Source of the DNA: Gemmatimonadota bacterium
Lineage (GTDB): Bacteria > Gemmatimonadota > Gemmatimonadetes > Palauibacterales > Palauibacteraceae
Direction of reading: 5' to 3'
Assembly (NCBI GenBank): GCA_958295535.1
Contig: OY282356.1
Coordinates: 5,976 to 69,975, forward strand
Length of the DNA stretch: 64,000 nucleotides
The translations under genes and the position numbers were made by a program. This document shows, piece after piece, positions 19,333 to 28,898 of the stretch. The notes below the pieces were generated by a model that saw nothing but the letters and a program-made list of their open reading frames with translations, was not told where the DNA came from and searched no databases. Every line of letters begins with the position of its first letter. The stretch's first letter is position 1.

Positions 19333-20531
19333 CTGACGAGCGCCGCTCCTTCGCCCAACTTGGTCTCGTTCCCGCCCTCGTCGAGGTCGTCGAGCGGGCC
19401 GGGTACCGATGGCCCACGGAAATACAGTGCCAAGCCATCCCGGTTATCCTCTCGGGGCGCGACGTTCTCGGGATGGCGCCGACCGGAACCGGCAAGACGG
19501 CGGCCTTCGCCCTGCCGATCGTGCAGCGTCTCTCCATGTCGGAATCGTTGTCCGCCCCCCGGGCGCTCGTGATCACGCCGACGCGCGAACTCGCTCAGCA
19601 GATCGCGGCGGCCACTACATCCTACGGCTCGACCTCCTCGATCGAGTGCGTCCTTGTACACGGCGGAACCCCGCTCGGTCCGGAAAGGGAAGAGCTGGAG
19701 TTCGGTTGCGATGTGCTGGTCGCCACGCCGGGACGTCTTCTCGACCATCTGGGCAGGGGGAACGCCGACCTTTCGCGTATCGAATCGCTTGTTCTGGATG
19801 AAGCCGACAGAATGCTGGACATGGGGTTCATCGACGACGTGAAGGAAATCGTCGCGCGCACGTCTTCGAGCAGGCAGACCTTGCTCTTCTCGGCGACCAT
19901 GCCCGACGGCGTCCGGTATCTCGCCAGCGAGCTGATGACCGATGCCGAAGAGGTGCGGATCGGATACGAGAGGGCGGCGGAGGGGATCCGGCACGTGCTG
20001 CATCCGGTCGACTGGTGGAGGAAGCACTCTCTCTTGCGCCACCTGCTTGGGGAGTGGGCGGATGGGCAGGTGCTCGTGTTCACCCGGACGCGAGACACTA
20101 CGACCTACCTGGCCGGCTACCTGCGCGACCGGGAAGTCTCGGTCGGGTCGCTGCACGGGGGCAAGCGGCAGGAGGAGCGCGACCGGGCGTTGCGCCGCTT
20201 CCGAGAAGGAGCGTCTCGCGTGCTGGTCGCGACGAATGTGGCGGCGAGAGGTCTCGACATTCGCGGCATTCGTCATGTCGTGAACTTCGATGTGCCGGAG
20301 GACCCGAGGGACTATGTGCACCGCGTGGGCCGAACCGCTCGCGGCGACATGGACGGCGATGCGGTGACGCTGATGTCGCCGAGCGACTGGGTCGAAATCA
20401 GGGGTATCGAAGGGCTCTTGGGAGAGAGCATCGAGCGCCGGGTGGTGCCGGGGTTCGAATCCGAAGCTGCAGAACCGGAGCCTGCGCGGAAGTCCCGGCA
20501 GGGGCAGGGGAGCGTTCGGGGGCGGAGGTAA
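19329..20531 (+). CDS. DEAD-box ATP-dependent RNA helicase
   Basis: Q motif, AxTGTGKT (motif I), DEAD (VLDEADRMLDMGF), SAT, HRVGRTAR. Confidence 0.9.
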   Translation: MTDERRSFAQLGLVPALVEVVERAGYRWPTEIQCQAIPVILSGRDVLGMAPTGTGKTAAFALPIVQRLSMSESLSAPRALVITPTRELAQQIAAATTSYGSTSSIECVLVHGGTPLGPEREELEFGCDVLVATPGRLLDHLGRGNADLSRIESLVLDEADRMLDMGFIDDVKEIVARTSSSRQTLLFSATMPDGVRYLASELMTDAEEVRIGYERAAEGIRHVLHPVDWWRKHSLLRHLLGEWADGQVLVFTRTRDTTTYLAGYLRDREVSVGSLHGGKRQEERDRALRRFREGASRVLVATNVAARGLDIRGIRHVVNFDVPEDPRDYVHRVGRTARGDMDGDAVTLMSPSDWVEIRGIEGLLGESIERRVVPGFESEAAEPEPARKSRQGQGSVRGRR

Positions 20532-20551
20532 TTCGGCGCATCTTCGTCGTT

Positions 20552-20657
20552 CGGCCATGCCGGGTAGGAGCCGCGCCGACCAAAGCCGTGGCCGGCGGCG
20601 AGTGACGGGACCGGCCATGCCGGGTAGGAGCCACGCCGACCAAAGCCGTGGCCGGCG
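20552..20657 (+). repeat. Two 46-bp direct repeats (1 mismatch), each able to form an 8-bp stem (cggccatg/cgtggccg) hairpin, in the helicase-ggt intergenic region
   Basis: cggccatgccgggtaggagcc[g/a]cgccgaccaaagccgtggccggcg occurs twice, 14 nt apart. Confidence 0.7.
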
Positions 20658-20701
20658 AAAAGTTGGCGAGATCGAGACTTGATTGTCAAAGGGAGGTTTT
20701 G

Positions 20702-22651
20702 ATGCTGCGCACTCATGGATGCGCTCCTGTTCGTCGTCCTCGTGTTGCGCTGCTGCTGGCCTGTGCCGGATTGCTGGCAGCGCTGCCGTTCTCTGCCGCC
20801 GCGCAAACGGCCAAGCCGGTTCTCCATGGCCGCCACTGGATGGCGATCACCGGCAAGCCGCTGGGCGCAACGGCGGGCGCGCGCATGTTCCACCAGGGTG
20901 GCAACGCCGTCGATGCCGCCGCGGCCATGCTCGCGGCGACCGCCACCATGTGGGACGTCCTCTCCTGGGGTGGAGAGACCCAAGCTCTCATCTATCATCC
21001 AGTCGAGAAGCGCGTGATCGGGATCAACGCGCTTGGCGTCGCGCCGTCGGGCGCCACGCCCGGGTTCTACCGTTCCGAAGGGTACGAGAGCTTCCCGCCC
21101 GAATACGGACCGCTCTCCGCGGTAACGCCCGGAACTCCGGGCGGCCTGATGACGATGCTCGCCGAATGGGGCTCGCTGAGCCTCGGCGAGGTGCTCGCGC
21201 CCGCGATCGAGATGGCCGAAGGGTACCCGATCGAGGCCGATCCGGTGCGGCGGATCAGAAGCTCCCGAGATGAGATCGCGCAGTGGCCGTCGTCGGTGGC
21301 GGTCTACTTCACGCATCCGGACGACGAGGATGACCCGGGCCCCCGGGAGGGCGAGATCTTCCGGCAGCCAGGCCTGATGCGCACTCTCGAGCGTCTGGTT
21401 GCCGCGGAAGCTGCGGCCCTCCAGCGCGGAGCCAGCCGCAAGGAAGCGATCTACGTGGCGTACGACGCCTTCTACCGGGGAGAAATCGCCGCCGACTTCG
21501 TAGCGGGCGCCCAGGAAGCCGGCGCGCTGATCACGATGGAGGACATGGCCAGCTGGCAGGTCCACCTGGAGACTCCGGTAACGACGAACTACAAGGGGAT
21601 CGACGTCTACAAGCTCACGACATGGGTCCAGGGTCCCGTGATGCTCCAGGCGCTGAACATGGTGGAGCAGCTCGACCTCAAGGCGATGGGCTACAACAGC
21701 GCCAACTACCTTCACGCGCTATACCAGGTGATGAACCTCTCCTTCGCTGACCGCGACTTCTACTACGGCGACCCGTACTTTCAGCCCGAGGAGCCGGTCG
21801 AGGGGCTCCTCTCCAAGGAGTATGCGAAGGCCCGCCTGGAGACCATCGATTGGGACAATAACGATCCGAACGTGGGCCCCGGAGATCCGTATCCCTTCCA
21901 GGGCGAAGAAAATCCCTTCAAGCATCTGCTGGAGAGCTGGGGACGCCGCGGAGAGGCGACGACAACGGAAGATGCCGGCGCGGCTCTGTCGTTAGGGCTA
22001 TCCGGTGCGGAGCATGCGGCGTTGGGGCTAACCGATGCGGAGCATGCGGCGTTCGATGAAGACTTCTACAGCGGAACCACCTCCATACAGGCCGCCGACG
22101 CGGAGGGGTGGGTCGTGTCGATCACGCCGTCGGGCGGTTGGATTCCGGCGGTCATCGCGGGCGAGACGGGGATCGGGCTTTCGCAGCGGGCGCAGAGCTT
22201 CGTGCTGAACGAGGCCGACAATCCCTACAACGTCATCGAGCCGGGGAAGAGGCCTCGGGCGACGCTGACGCCGGGCATGGCGCTAAAGGACGGGAAGCCG
22301 TTCCTCTCGTTCGCTGTCCAGGGAGGCGATGGGCAAGACCAGAATCTCCTCCAGTTCTTCCTGAACATGGTCGAGTGGGACATGAATGTGCAGGAGGCCG
22401 TCGAAGCGCCCAACATGAACAGCTACCAGATGCGCAACTCGTTCGGCGACCACGAGACGCGGCCCGGACGGATGCTGCTGAACGCCGCCACGCCGCCGTG
22501 GATCCGCTCCGCCCTGGCGTCGAGGGGGTACGACCTGACATTCGCGGACCGCACTTCGGGGCCGGTCAACGCGATCTTCTTCGACTGGGCGAACGGGGCG
22601 CTATGGGGCGGCTCCAGCCACCACGGCGACGACTACGGCATAGCGTGGTGA
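20702..22651 (+). CDS. ggt: Gamma-glutamyltranspeptidase
   Basis: GGGAGG RBS and signal peptide. 'GGNAVDAAAA' and the catalytic 'SGTTSIQAAD' Thr nucleophile region. The track start 20648 is upstream; ATG 20702 is preferred. Confidence 0.88.
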   Translation: MLRTHGCAPVRRPRVALLLACAGLLAALPFSAAAQTAKPVLHGRHWMAITGKPLGATAGARMFHQGGNAVDAAAAMLAATATMWDVLSWGGETQALIYHPVEKRVIGINALGVAPSGATPGFYRSEGYESFPPEYGPLSAVTPGTPGGLMTMLAEWGSLSLGEVLAPAIEMAEGYPIEADPVRRIRSSRDEIAQWPSSVAVYFTHPDDEDDPGPREGEIFRQPGLMRTLERLVAAEAAALQRGASRKEAIYVAYDAFYRGEIAADFVAGAQEAGALITMEDMASWQVHLETPVTTNYKGIDVYKLTTWVQGPVMLQALNMVEQLDLKAMGYNSANYLHALYQVMNLSFADRDFYYGDPYFQPEEPVEGLLSKEYAKARLETIDWDNNDPNVGPGDPYPFQGEENPFKHLLESWGRRGEATTTEDAGAALSLGLSGAEHAALGLTDAEHAAFDEDFYSGTTSIQAADAEGWVVSITPSGGWIPAVIAGETGIGLSQRAQSFVLNEADNPYNVIEPGKRPRATLTPGMALKDGKPFLSFAVQGGDGQDQNLLQFFLNMVEWDMNVQEAVEAPNMNSYQMRNSFGDHETRPGRMLLNAATPPWIRSALASRGYDLTFADRTSGPVNAIFFDWANGALWGGSSHHGDDYGIAW

Positions 22652-22667
22652 GGACATGCGAGCCTCG

Positions 22668-24479
22668 CTACTCTCCTAGCTCTTCGACATCCTGTAGATC
22701 GTAGCGGCGGCGGACCCCGTCGCGCCGGTCCCCTCCGTCGACGCGCTGCAGCGAGCCGGGATCCGCGGGACGGCGGCGGTGCCACTCCGTCGCTTGCTGG
22801 TACGCTGCGACAGCGGCCAGCAGATGGTGCTCGGCATACGGCTCTCCCCCCAGCAAGGCGCCGATCGGCCGCGGATAGCCGGTCGAGTCCGTCTCGAACC
22901 CGATCGGAAAGGCGATGAGCGGCAGGCCGACGATGTCGAAGGGGAAGGGTTGCGTCTGAGTCACGAGGTCGCACTGGCTGAAGATTCCGTCGAGAATCTC
23001 TTTCAGTAGAATCAGCCGGGCGCGCGAACCGCGAACGTACTCGGCGCCCGGCAGCAGCAGCCCGTTGATCCACGGCGACAGCGCCACGCCGAACTTTCGG
23101 ACATCGCCGCGCAGCTCTTCAAGGAAGATTTCGGAACGTTCCGGGAGCCGGGTATTGTTGAATTCCCGACTCGTCAACGTCTCCCACTCTCGAGGGAAGT
23201 CCACTTCGATCACCTCGGCGCCCAACTCCGCCAGCGTCCCGAGCATCCGCCGCCGCGCATTCATGGTCATGACGGATCGCGACTCGCCGGATGCGCCCTG
23301 GGCGGGGTCGGGCCGACCGGACGCGCCCGCCGCGAGCCTGTCCCGGAGGGGAAGAGGCTCGTCTCGGCTGTCGCCGGACTCCGCTTCTCCGAGGTAGCCG
23401 GGGAGCACTCCGATCCGCACCGGCCGACGGCGGTCCGGGTGTTCGAGCGGGCCGTGGACGCTGCGGTTCCGAGTGCGGCGAACCGCTTCGCCGACCGCCC
23501 CCACATAGTCGGGGACGGGCGGCAAGCCGAGCGATCTGGGGTCCGCTGGATCGGGCCCTGCCATCGCCTGCAGCATGATCGCGGCGTCCACGGCGTCTCG
23601 CGCCAGCGGCCCGGCATGGTCGCGGGTATAGGTGAGCGGAACGATGCCGTGCAGGGAAACGCGGCCCATCGTCGGCTTGATGCCGGTCAGCCCCTGCGCG
23701 TTGGACGGAGCGGTGATCGATCCGCCTGTCTGGGTTCCGGTGCCGCACGGCGCGAGGCGCGCCGCCACCGCCGTGGCGGAGCCGCTCGATGATCCGCCCG
23801 GGCTTACGCTCTCGTGGTACGGCGCCCAGGCGTTCACGGTTGTGCGCTCGCCTTCGGGCGTAGTCGCGGCGGTGGTAGCCAGGGGGCCCATCTGCGTCTT
23901 GCCGAGCAGAATCGCGCCGGCCTCGCGGAGACGGGCCCAGGCGGTCGCGTCGAAGTCGGGGACGAAGTCCTCGAAGATGTACGAGTTGACGGTCGTCCGG
24001 ACGCCCGCCGTGCAGAAGTTGTCCTTGATGGCGAGCGGTATGCCCGCCAGCGGGCGGCGGCGGCTCGGGGCGGTGGAGTCGGCGGATCGTGCCGCCTCCA
24101 ATGCTCCTTCGGAGAGCACGGTGTTGAAGGCCTCGTACACCGGTTCCCACCGTGCAATACGGGCGAGATACGCCTTGACGATCTCTTCGGCGCTTGCCGA
24201 GCCGTCGCGGATGAGCTGCGCCGCTTCCGCGATCGTGCAGTCGGCGAGGTCGGCGGGCGGCGTCCGGCGCGCGAACTCCAGGTCGATGCGCGGCGCGGCA
24301 GGGCGCTGTGCGGCAGGCGCCGCCGCCCCTACGCTGGCGGCCGGACGCTGCCCCGGCCACGCCGCATCGCGTCGGCCGGCCCCCGCGATCGATCCGCCCA
24401 AAACACCGGGCACGCCGGCGCCGCCGACCATGGCCGCCATGCGCTCCAGGAAGCGGCGCCGGTTGACCTCGCCAATCAC
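22668..24479 (-). CDS. Amidase-signature family amidase with twin-arginine (Tat) signal
   Basis: RRRFLERMAAMVGGAG Tat motif. Amidase signature GGSSSGSATAVAARLAPCGTGTQTGGSITAPS. Confidence 0.85.
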   Translation of the reverse strand: MIGEVNRRRFLERMAAMVGGAGVPGVLGGSIAGAGRRDAAWPGQRPAASVGAAAPAAQRPAAPRIDLEFARRTPPADLADCTIAEAAQLIRDGSASAEEIVKAYLARIARWEPVYEAFNTVLSEGALEAARSADSTAPSRRRPLAGIPLAIKDNFCTAGVRTTVNSYIFEDFVPDFDATAWARLREAGAILLGKTQMGPLATTAATTPEGERTTVNAWAPYHESVSPGGSSSGSATAVAARLAPCGTGTQTGGSITAPSNAQGLTGIKPTMGRVSLHGIVPLTYTRDHAGPLARDAVDAAIMLQAMAGPDPADPRSLGLPPVPDYVGAVGEAVRRTRNRSVHGPLEHPDRRRPVRIGVLPGYLGEAESGDSRDEPLPLRDRLAAGASGRPDPAQGASGESRSVMTMNARRRMLGTLAELGAEVIEVDFPREWETLTSREFNNTRLPERSEIFLEELRGDVRKFGVALSPWINGLLLPGAEYVRGSRARLILLKEILDGIFSQCDLVTQTQPFPFDIVGLPLIAFPIGFETDSTGYPRPIGALLGGEPYAEHHLLAAVAAYQQATEWHRRRPADPGSLQRVDGGDRRDGVRRRYDLQDVEELGE

Positions 24480-24823
24480 GGGTCGGTTCGTCCGTTACCG
24501 GTCCACGCGCTCAGTTCAGCCGGATAGATCGCGGGGGCGGGCCCGAGAGCGTCGAGTGGAAAGGCGGCGATCGCCCCCGGAGTCGTCCTCAAGAAGCGGC
24601 GGGCGGAAGCCATGATCCGGGCTTGGTCGGCCGGGGCGCCATCATCCTGCTCCGGCAACACCGAGAGATCGACCCCCAGCAGGACCAGGCGCGCGCGGAT
24701 GTAGGCATCCAGCTCTTCGTCTGTCACTTCATGGGCGGCCGGCGTCGCTGCCTGAGCGCTTGGCGTCATTGCCTGAGCGGCTGGCGTTGCCAAATGCCGG
24801 CGACCCTGTCTGTCCTCGATCAC
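24476..24823 (-). CDS. Hypothetical small protein, 4-nt overlap (ATGA) with the downstream amidase
   Basis: ORF only. Ala/Pro-rich, no recognisable motif. Coding status uncertain in high-GC DNA. Confidence 0.3.
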   Translation of the reverse strand: MIEDRQGRRHLATPAAQAMTPSAQAATPAAHEVTDEELDAYIRARLVLLGVDLSVLPEQDDGAPADQARIMASARRFLRTTPGAIAAFPLDALGPAPAIYPAELSAWTGNGRTDP

Positions 24824-24870
24824 GACTTCCTGTCCTCCTTGGGGCGTTGGCGCAACCCGGTCCTACCGTC

Positions 24871-24920
24871 GGGCAGAATACTACCGGGCAGAATACTACT
24901 CCGTCGGGCAGATACTGTAG
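24871..24920. promoter_or_regulatory. Tandem direct repeats GGGCAGAATACTAC x2 plus degenerate GGGCAGATACTGTAG, in an AT-richer stretch upstream of the His-rich TonB receptor
   Basis: Seen directly. Located in the divergent intergenic region 24824-25056. Confidence 0.5.
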
Positions 24921-25056
24921 CGATACCCGCGATGGCTACGTGTCGCTTGTCCGGATAGCCTGCCGGAATACGTTCTCTTGCACCAGGGGGGTAATATGAC
25001 GAATATCAATGCAGCCGCTATGATGGTTAGCCCCTTCAGATAAAAGGCCGCATACG

Positions 25057-27339
25057 ATGCTCCGAGCAACCTGCGTTCTCCCCAGTATCGCAAGGCTACT
25101 GCCCTCATGTGGCGTAGCGCTGGCGCTGCTCGCGACACCGTCCGCGGCGCTAGCGCAGCAAGGGGGCGAAATCCGAATCCGCGTGGTCGATGCGCAAGGG
25201 CAGGCCGTTACCCAGGCCCAGGTGCGGATCCGAGGCACTGACTTCGCATCTCGGCTCGAGGACAACGGGGAAGCGCGGTTCCGCGATGTTCCGGCAGGCG
25301 ATTATGTAATAGAAGTCACAACCGAGACCGGAGGCCGCGGCATCGAAGCTGTGAGCGTCGGTGTGGGAGAAGCCGTCGAAGTCACCATCACCGTGTCCGC
25401 GGCGATCGGAGTAGCGGATATCGTCGTCTCCTTGGCAGCTGAGCTGTACACTCCTCGCGATGTGCTGCGCGGCGCCGATCTGACTGCACGTACCGAGGCG
25501 AGCCTCGGCGAAACGTTGGCGGGTCGGCCCGGCGTGAGCTCGTCCTACCACGGTGCCGGGGCCTCGCGGCCAATCATTCGCGGGCTTGGCGGGTCGCGCA
25601 TCCGCGTGCTTGAATCCGGCGTGGGCTCGGGGGATGCCTCCACTACAAGCCCGGATCATGCGCCGGGCGTAGAGGCCGCGACGGCCGATCGGATCGAGGT
25701 GATCCGCGGCCCGGCGACGCTGCTCTACGGCGGCGCGATCGGCGGCGTCGTCAACATTGAAGATGGGCGAGTGCCGCAGCGGCTCCCGGGATCTTCGGCC
25801 ACCGGTTCGGTAACGCTGCGCGGTGGAACGGTAGGCCGCGAGCGAAACGTCGGCGGACGGTTCGACGGCGCGGTCGGGAATGTCGCCTATCATATGAGCG
25901 GCCTGTACCGCAACACCGGCGATTTCCGCGTACCGCACGACGGAATCCTTCCGAACACCTCGATAACTAGCTCCAGGGTCGCTGTCGGACTGTCGCATAT
26001 CGGAAGTCGCGGCTTCGTCGGCGTGTCTTTCTCGGGGTTGGGCAACGACTATGGCGTGCCGGGAGAGCATCACCACCACGGGGAAGGTGATGACCACGAG
26101 GAGGAGGAAGACGACCACGGGGAAGAAGATGACCACGAGGAGGAGGACGGCAACATTCGCATAGATCTTCGCCAGCGGCGGGCCGATCTCATGGCGGGGC
26201 GCGATCTGGGCGACGGCTTCTTCAACAGCGTCAATCTGCGCTTCGGCCTCGCCGACTACCAGCACTCGGAACTGCTCCTTCACGATGATGGGGACCAGGA
26301 CGTCGAGGCGCGGTTCTTCAACAACGAATGGGAAGGACGCCTCGAGGTACGACACCAATTTGCCCGCCCGGGAAGCGGCGCGTTCGGGATTCAGGCGCGG
26401 CACCGGAACTTCCAGGCCCTTGGCGAAGGGCAAGAAGTGTTGATTGCGCCAGCGACCACCACCACGTTTGCCGCCTTCGTTTTCGAAGAGATGCGCTTCG
26501 GCAGAGCCGGACTGCAGGCCGGTGCCCGGATAGAGTCTCAGAGGACGAGCGCGGAAGGATTCCCTGCGCGTCGGAGTTTCCTGAATATGTCGGGTTCGGT
26601 CGGAGCCGAGTTCAATGTCGCCGGCGACATGTCGTTGTTCCTGTCGGGCGCCCGTGCCGAGAGGGCGCCAACGTCCGACGAACTCTTCACGAGCGGACAA
26701 CATCTGGCGTTGCTGGCCAACGAGTTCGGGAACCCGAATCTCTCGAGCGAAGTCGCCTACACCGTCGACGCGGGGGTTCGCCTCGAGGGGCCCATCCGCG
26801 GCGAGCTCAGCTTCTTCGTGAACTCCTTCGATTCCTTCATATACCGGGCGATCTCGGATGCGCCGGACGGCGGCCTGCGCGAGCTCCGGTGGCGGCAGGC
26901 GCCGGCCGTCTTCAGGGGGTTCGAGGTGCAGGCGAGCACCGAGATCTTTCACATCGGGGACGGTCACTTGGTGCTGGATGCATGGGGCGACTATGTGCGA
27001 GCCGAACTGTCCGACGATAACGAGCCCCTTCCGCAGATTCCCCCGCTCAGCCTCGGAACAGGACTGGGATGGAGCTCCCCCACATGGCGTGGCCGCGCCA
27101 GCGTCAGGCGAATAGGAGCGCAGAACCGGATCGCTCCCCTGGAAACGGCCACCGACAGCTACACGATGCTCGATGCGAATGTCGGATACCGTTTGGTACA
27201 AGGCGCCGTACTGCACGACATCACGCTTTACGGCAAGAATCTGACAGACCAGGAAGCGCGGAACCACACGTCGCTGATCAAGGAATTCGTTCCGCTTCCG
27301 GGCCGCGAGATCCGTTTGATTTACCAGCTCACCTTCTAG
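25057..27339 (+). CDS. TonB-dependent outer membrane receptor with His/Asp/Glu-rich loop (ZnuD-like putative zinc/metal transporter)
   Basis: Signal peptide, plug, barrel ending in 'YQLTF'. Internal 'GEHHHHGEGDDHEEEEDDHGEEDDHEEED' (26065-26152). Confidence 0.82.
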   Translation: MLRATCVLPSIARLLPSCGVALALLATPSAALAQQGGEIRIRVVDAQGQAVTQAQVRIRGTDFASRLEDNGEARFRDVPAGDYVIEVTTETGGRGIEAVSVGVGEAVEVTITVSAAIGVADIVVSLAAELYTPRDVLRGADLTARTEASLGETLAGRPGVSSSYHGAGASRPIIRGLGGSRIRVLESGVGSGDASTTSPDHAPGVEAATADRIEVIRGPATLLYGGAIGGVVNIEDGRVPQRLPGSSATGSVTLRGGTVGRERNVGGRFDGAVGNVAYHMSGLYRNTGDFRVPHDGILPNTSITSSRVAVGLSHIGSRGFVGVSFSGLGNDYGVPGEHHHHGEGDDHEEEEDDHGEEDDHEEEDGNIRIDLRQRRADLMAGRDLGDGFFNSVNLRFGLADYQHSELLLHDDGDQDVEARFFNNEWEGRLEVRHQFARPGSGAFGIQARHRNFQALGEGQEVLIAPATTTTFAAFVFEEMRFGRAGLQAGARIESQRTSAEGFPARRSFLNMSGSVGAEFNVAGDMSLFLSGARAERAPTSDELFTSGQHLALLANEFGNPNLSSEVAYTVDAGVRLEGPIRGELSFFVNSFDSFIYRAISDAPDGGLRELRWRQAPAVFRGFEVQASTEIFHIGDGHLVLDAWGDYVRAELSDDNEPLPQIPPLSLGTGLGWSSPTWRGRASVRRIGAQNRIAPLETATDSYTMLDANVGYRLVQGAVLHDITLYGKNLTDQEARNHTSLIKEFVPLPGREIRLIYQLTF

Positions 27340-27354
27340 CGCCAAGGGTTCGGC

Positions 27355-27678
27355 GTGAGCAACGTAGAAGTCGGGATTAGACCGCTTGTAGAACTTACAG
27401 GCAAGGACCGCGAGTGGGTGGTCCAGCGGCTAGCGGAGTTGGAACAGAAGAGAAAGCGGCTGGGATGCCAGATGGACCGGCCATGCGTGATACCCGATAA
27501 CGCCTGGGTTGTGTACGATACCTTTCGTCTGGTCATCCAAGAGGCTGGACCAAATGGGGAGCCCACTGACCACTTCCAGTTCATCTGGATGGATGACATG
27601 AGTCCCGATTTCAAGAAGTACTTGGACAAGGTGCTGCGTGATGACCTCGCACGGCAGGCGGTGGCGAACCGCGGGTAG
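27355..27678 (+). CDS. Hypothetical 107-aa protein in a lower-GC (~55%) islet
   Basis: ORF with codon usage and GC clearly different from flanking genes. No known motif. Confidence 0.4.
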   Translation: MSNVEVGIRPLVELTGKDREWVVQRLAELEQKRKRLGCQMDRPCVIPDNAWVVYDTFRLVIQEAGPNGEPTDHFQFIWMDDMSPDFKKYLDKVLRDDLARQAVANRG

Positions 27679-28315
27679 ATGCGGTCGGGAAGCGCGGCGC
27701 GGCGCCACAAGTAGCGTCGTGTGGCGCCATAAGGGTGCTTGAAGAGGAGTTTGCCGGCCGGAAGCGCAGTCGCTACGTTTCGGCATAGTGGCCTCGGGCG
27801 TTAGCAGGCTGCGGTTGCACTTTCCGGGGTTGCAGCCTGGGCCACGGACAGATGCGTGACCGGAGAAACGGGTGCAAGGTTGTGTTTCTTGAGCCAACAC
27901 TAGGCCCAGTTGGCTCCCATCCTCAGGCGGACGTCATGCCCCTGGCGGGGACGGCGAAAGCATGCAGGTAGGAGTCGTAAAGTTTCGATAAAGGGCTTCA
28001 AGAAATCACCTTGCATCTGTTTCTATCCGGAAGCGGGGGCGGCGTCCTTGCCGCCTGCGCGGCTTCTCCCACCCGATATTCGGCATGATCTCTGAAGAAG
28101 CGTCCGTGACGCCTGGGTCAGATTCGGCTTCGGCGCTGTCCGGATGCGCTGCCGGCGACCCCTCGAACTCTCGCGCCGTTCCCGACGCTTCGGACCGGCC
28201 GCCTCCCGCCTCCGCCGGTACGCGGACAGAAGAAGACCCGAACTCTCGCGTCGCTTCTCGCGCTTCGGACCATGCAGGGTCTCCGTTGCCGTCTGGCCAC
28301 ACCGGTGACGACCCG

Positions 28316-28870
28316 GTGGTGCGCCTCGTTCGCGAACAGCTGGAGTTGCTGGGCGAAGACCCTGGCCGCCCGGGGCTTGTTCGGACGCCGGAACGGGTGG
28401 CAGCCGCTTTGCGCTTCCTGACGCAGGGTTACGCGCAGAGTGTCGAAGATGTCGTCGGAACGGCGATCTTCGACGAGTCGCACGACTCGATGGTGATGGT
28501 CAAGGACATCGAAGTCTATTCGCTGTGCGAGCACCACATGCTGCCGTTCTTCGGCAAGGCGCACATCGCGTACATCCCCAACGGCCGAATTGTCGGGATA
28601 TCGAAGCTGCCGCGCATGGTGGATGTATTGGCACGGCGGCTGCAGGTTCAAGAGCGGCTGACCGAGGATATCGCGCAGGCCATCGAAGATGTGCTGAAGC
28701 CGCAAGGTGTCGGCGTAGTGATAGAAGCCGCGCACCTCTGCATGATGATGCGCGGCGTGCAAAAGCAGAACTCGAAGACGATTACCAGCGCGGTGCGCGG
28801 CCTGTTCAGGCGGGACCACAGGACCCGCGGAGAGTTCCTGCGGCTGGCGCACTCCTCGCACTCCCTGTAG
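28316..28870 (+). CDS. folE: GTP cyclohydrolase I
   Basis: '[27 protein letters not shown]...[29 protein letters not shown]...' matches FolE. The track ORF starts at 28085 with a ~75-aa Ser/Pro/Ala-rich extension of doubtful reality. GTG 28316 gives a canonical ~185-aa protein. Confidence 0.85.
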   Translation: MVRLVREQLELLGEDPGRPGLVRTPERVAAALRFLTQGYAQSVEDVVGTAIFDESHDSMVMVKDIEVYSLCEHHMLPFFGKAHIAYIPNGRIVGISKLPRMVDVLARRLQVQERLTEDIAQAIEDVLKPQGVGVVIEAAHLCMMMRGVQKQNSKTITSAVRGLFRRDHRTRGEFLRLAHSSHSL

Positions 28871-28898
28871 CGCCGATCCCGGTCGGCATCGCTCGGCC

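Noticed and set aside
20312-21715. 467-aa ORF antisense to ggt and helicase 3' end
   Set aside because: Shadow ORF. ggt frame has clear GGT motifs.
27700-28085. Possible SRP RNA/tmRNA/6S RNA in the ORF-free low-GC stretch
   Set aside because: None of the hallmark motifs (SRP domain IV GGAAGCAGCC-like, tmRNA tag/CCA end) could be found by eye. Left as unexplained non-coding sequence.
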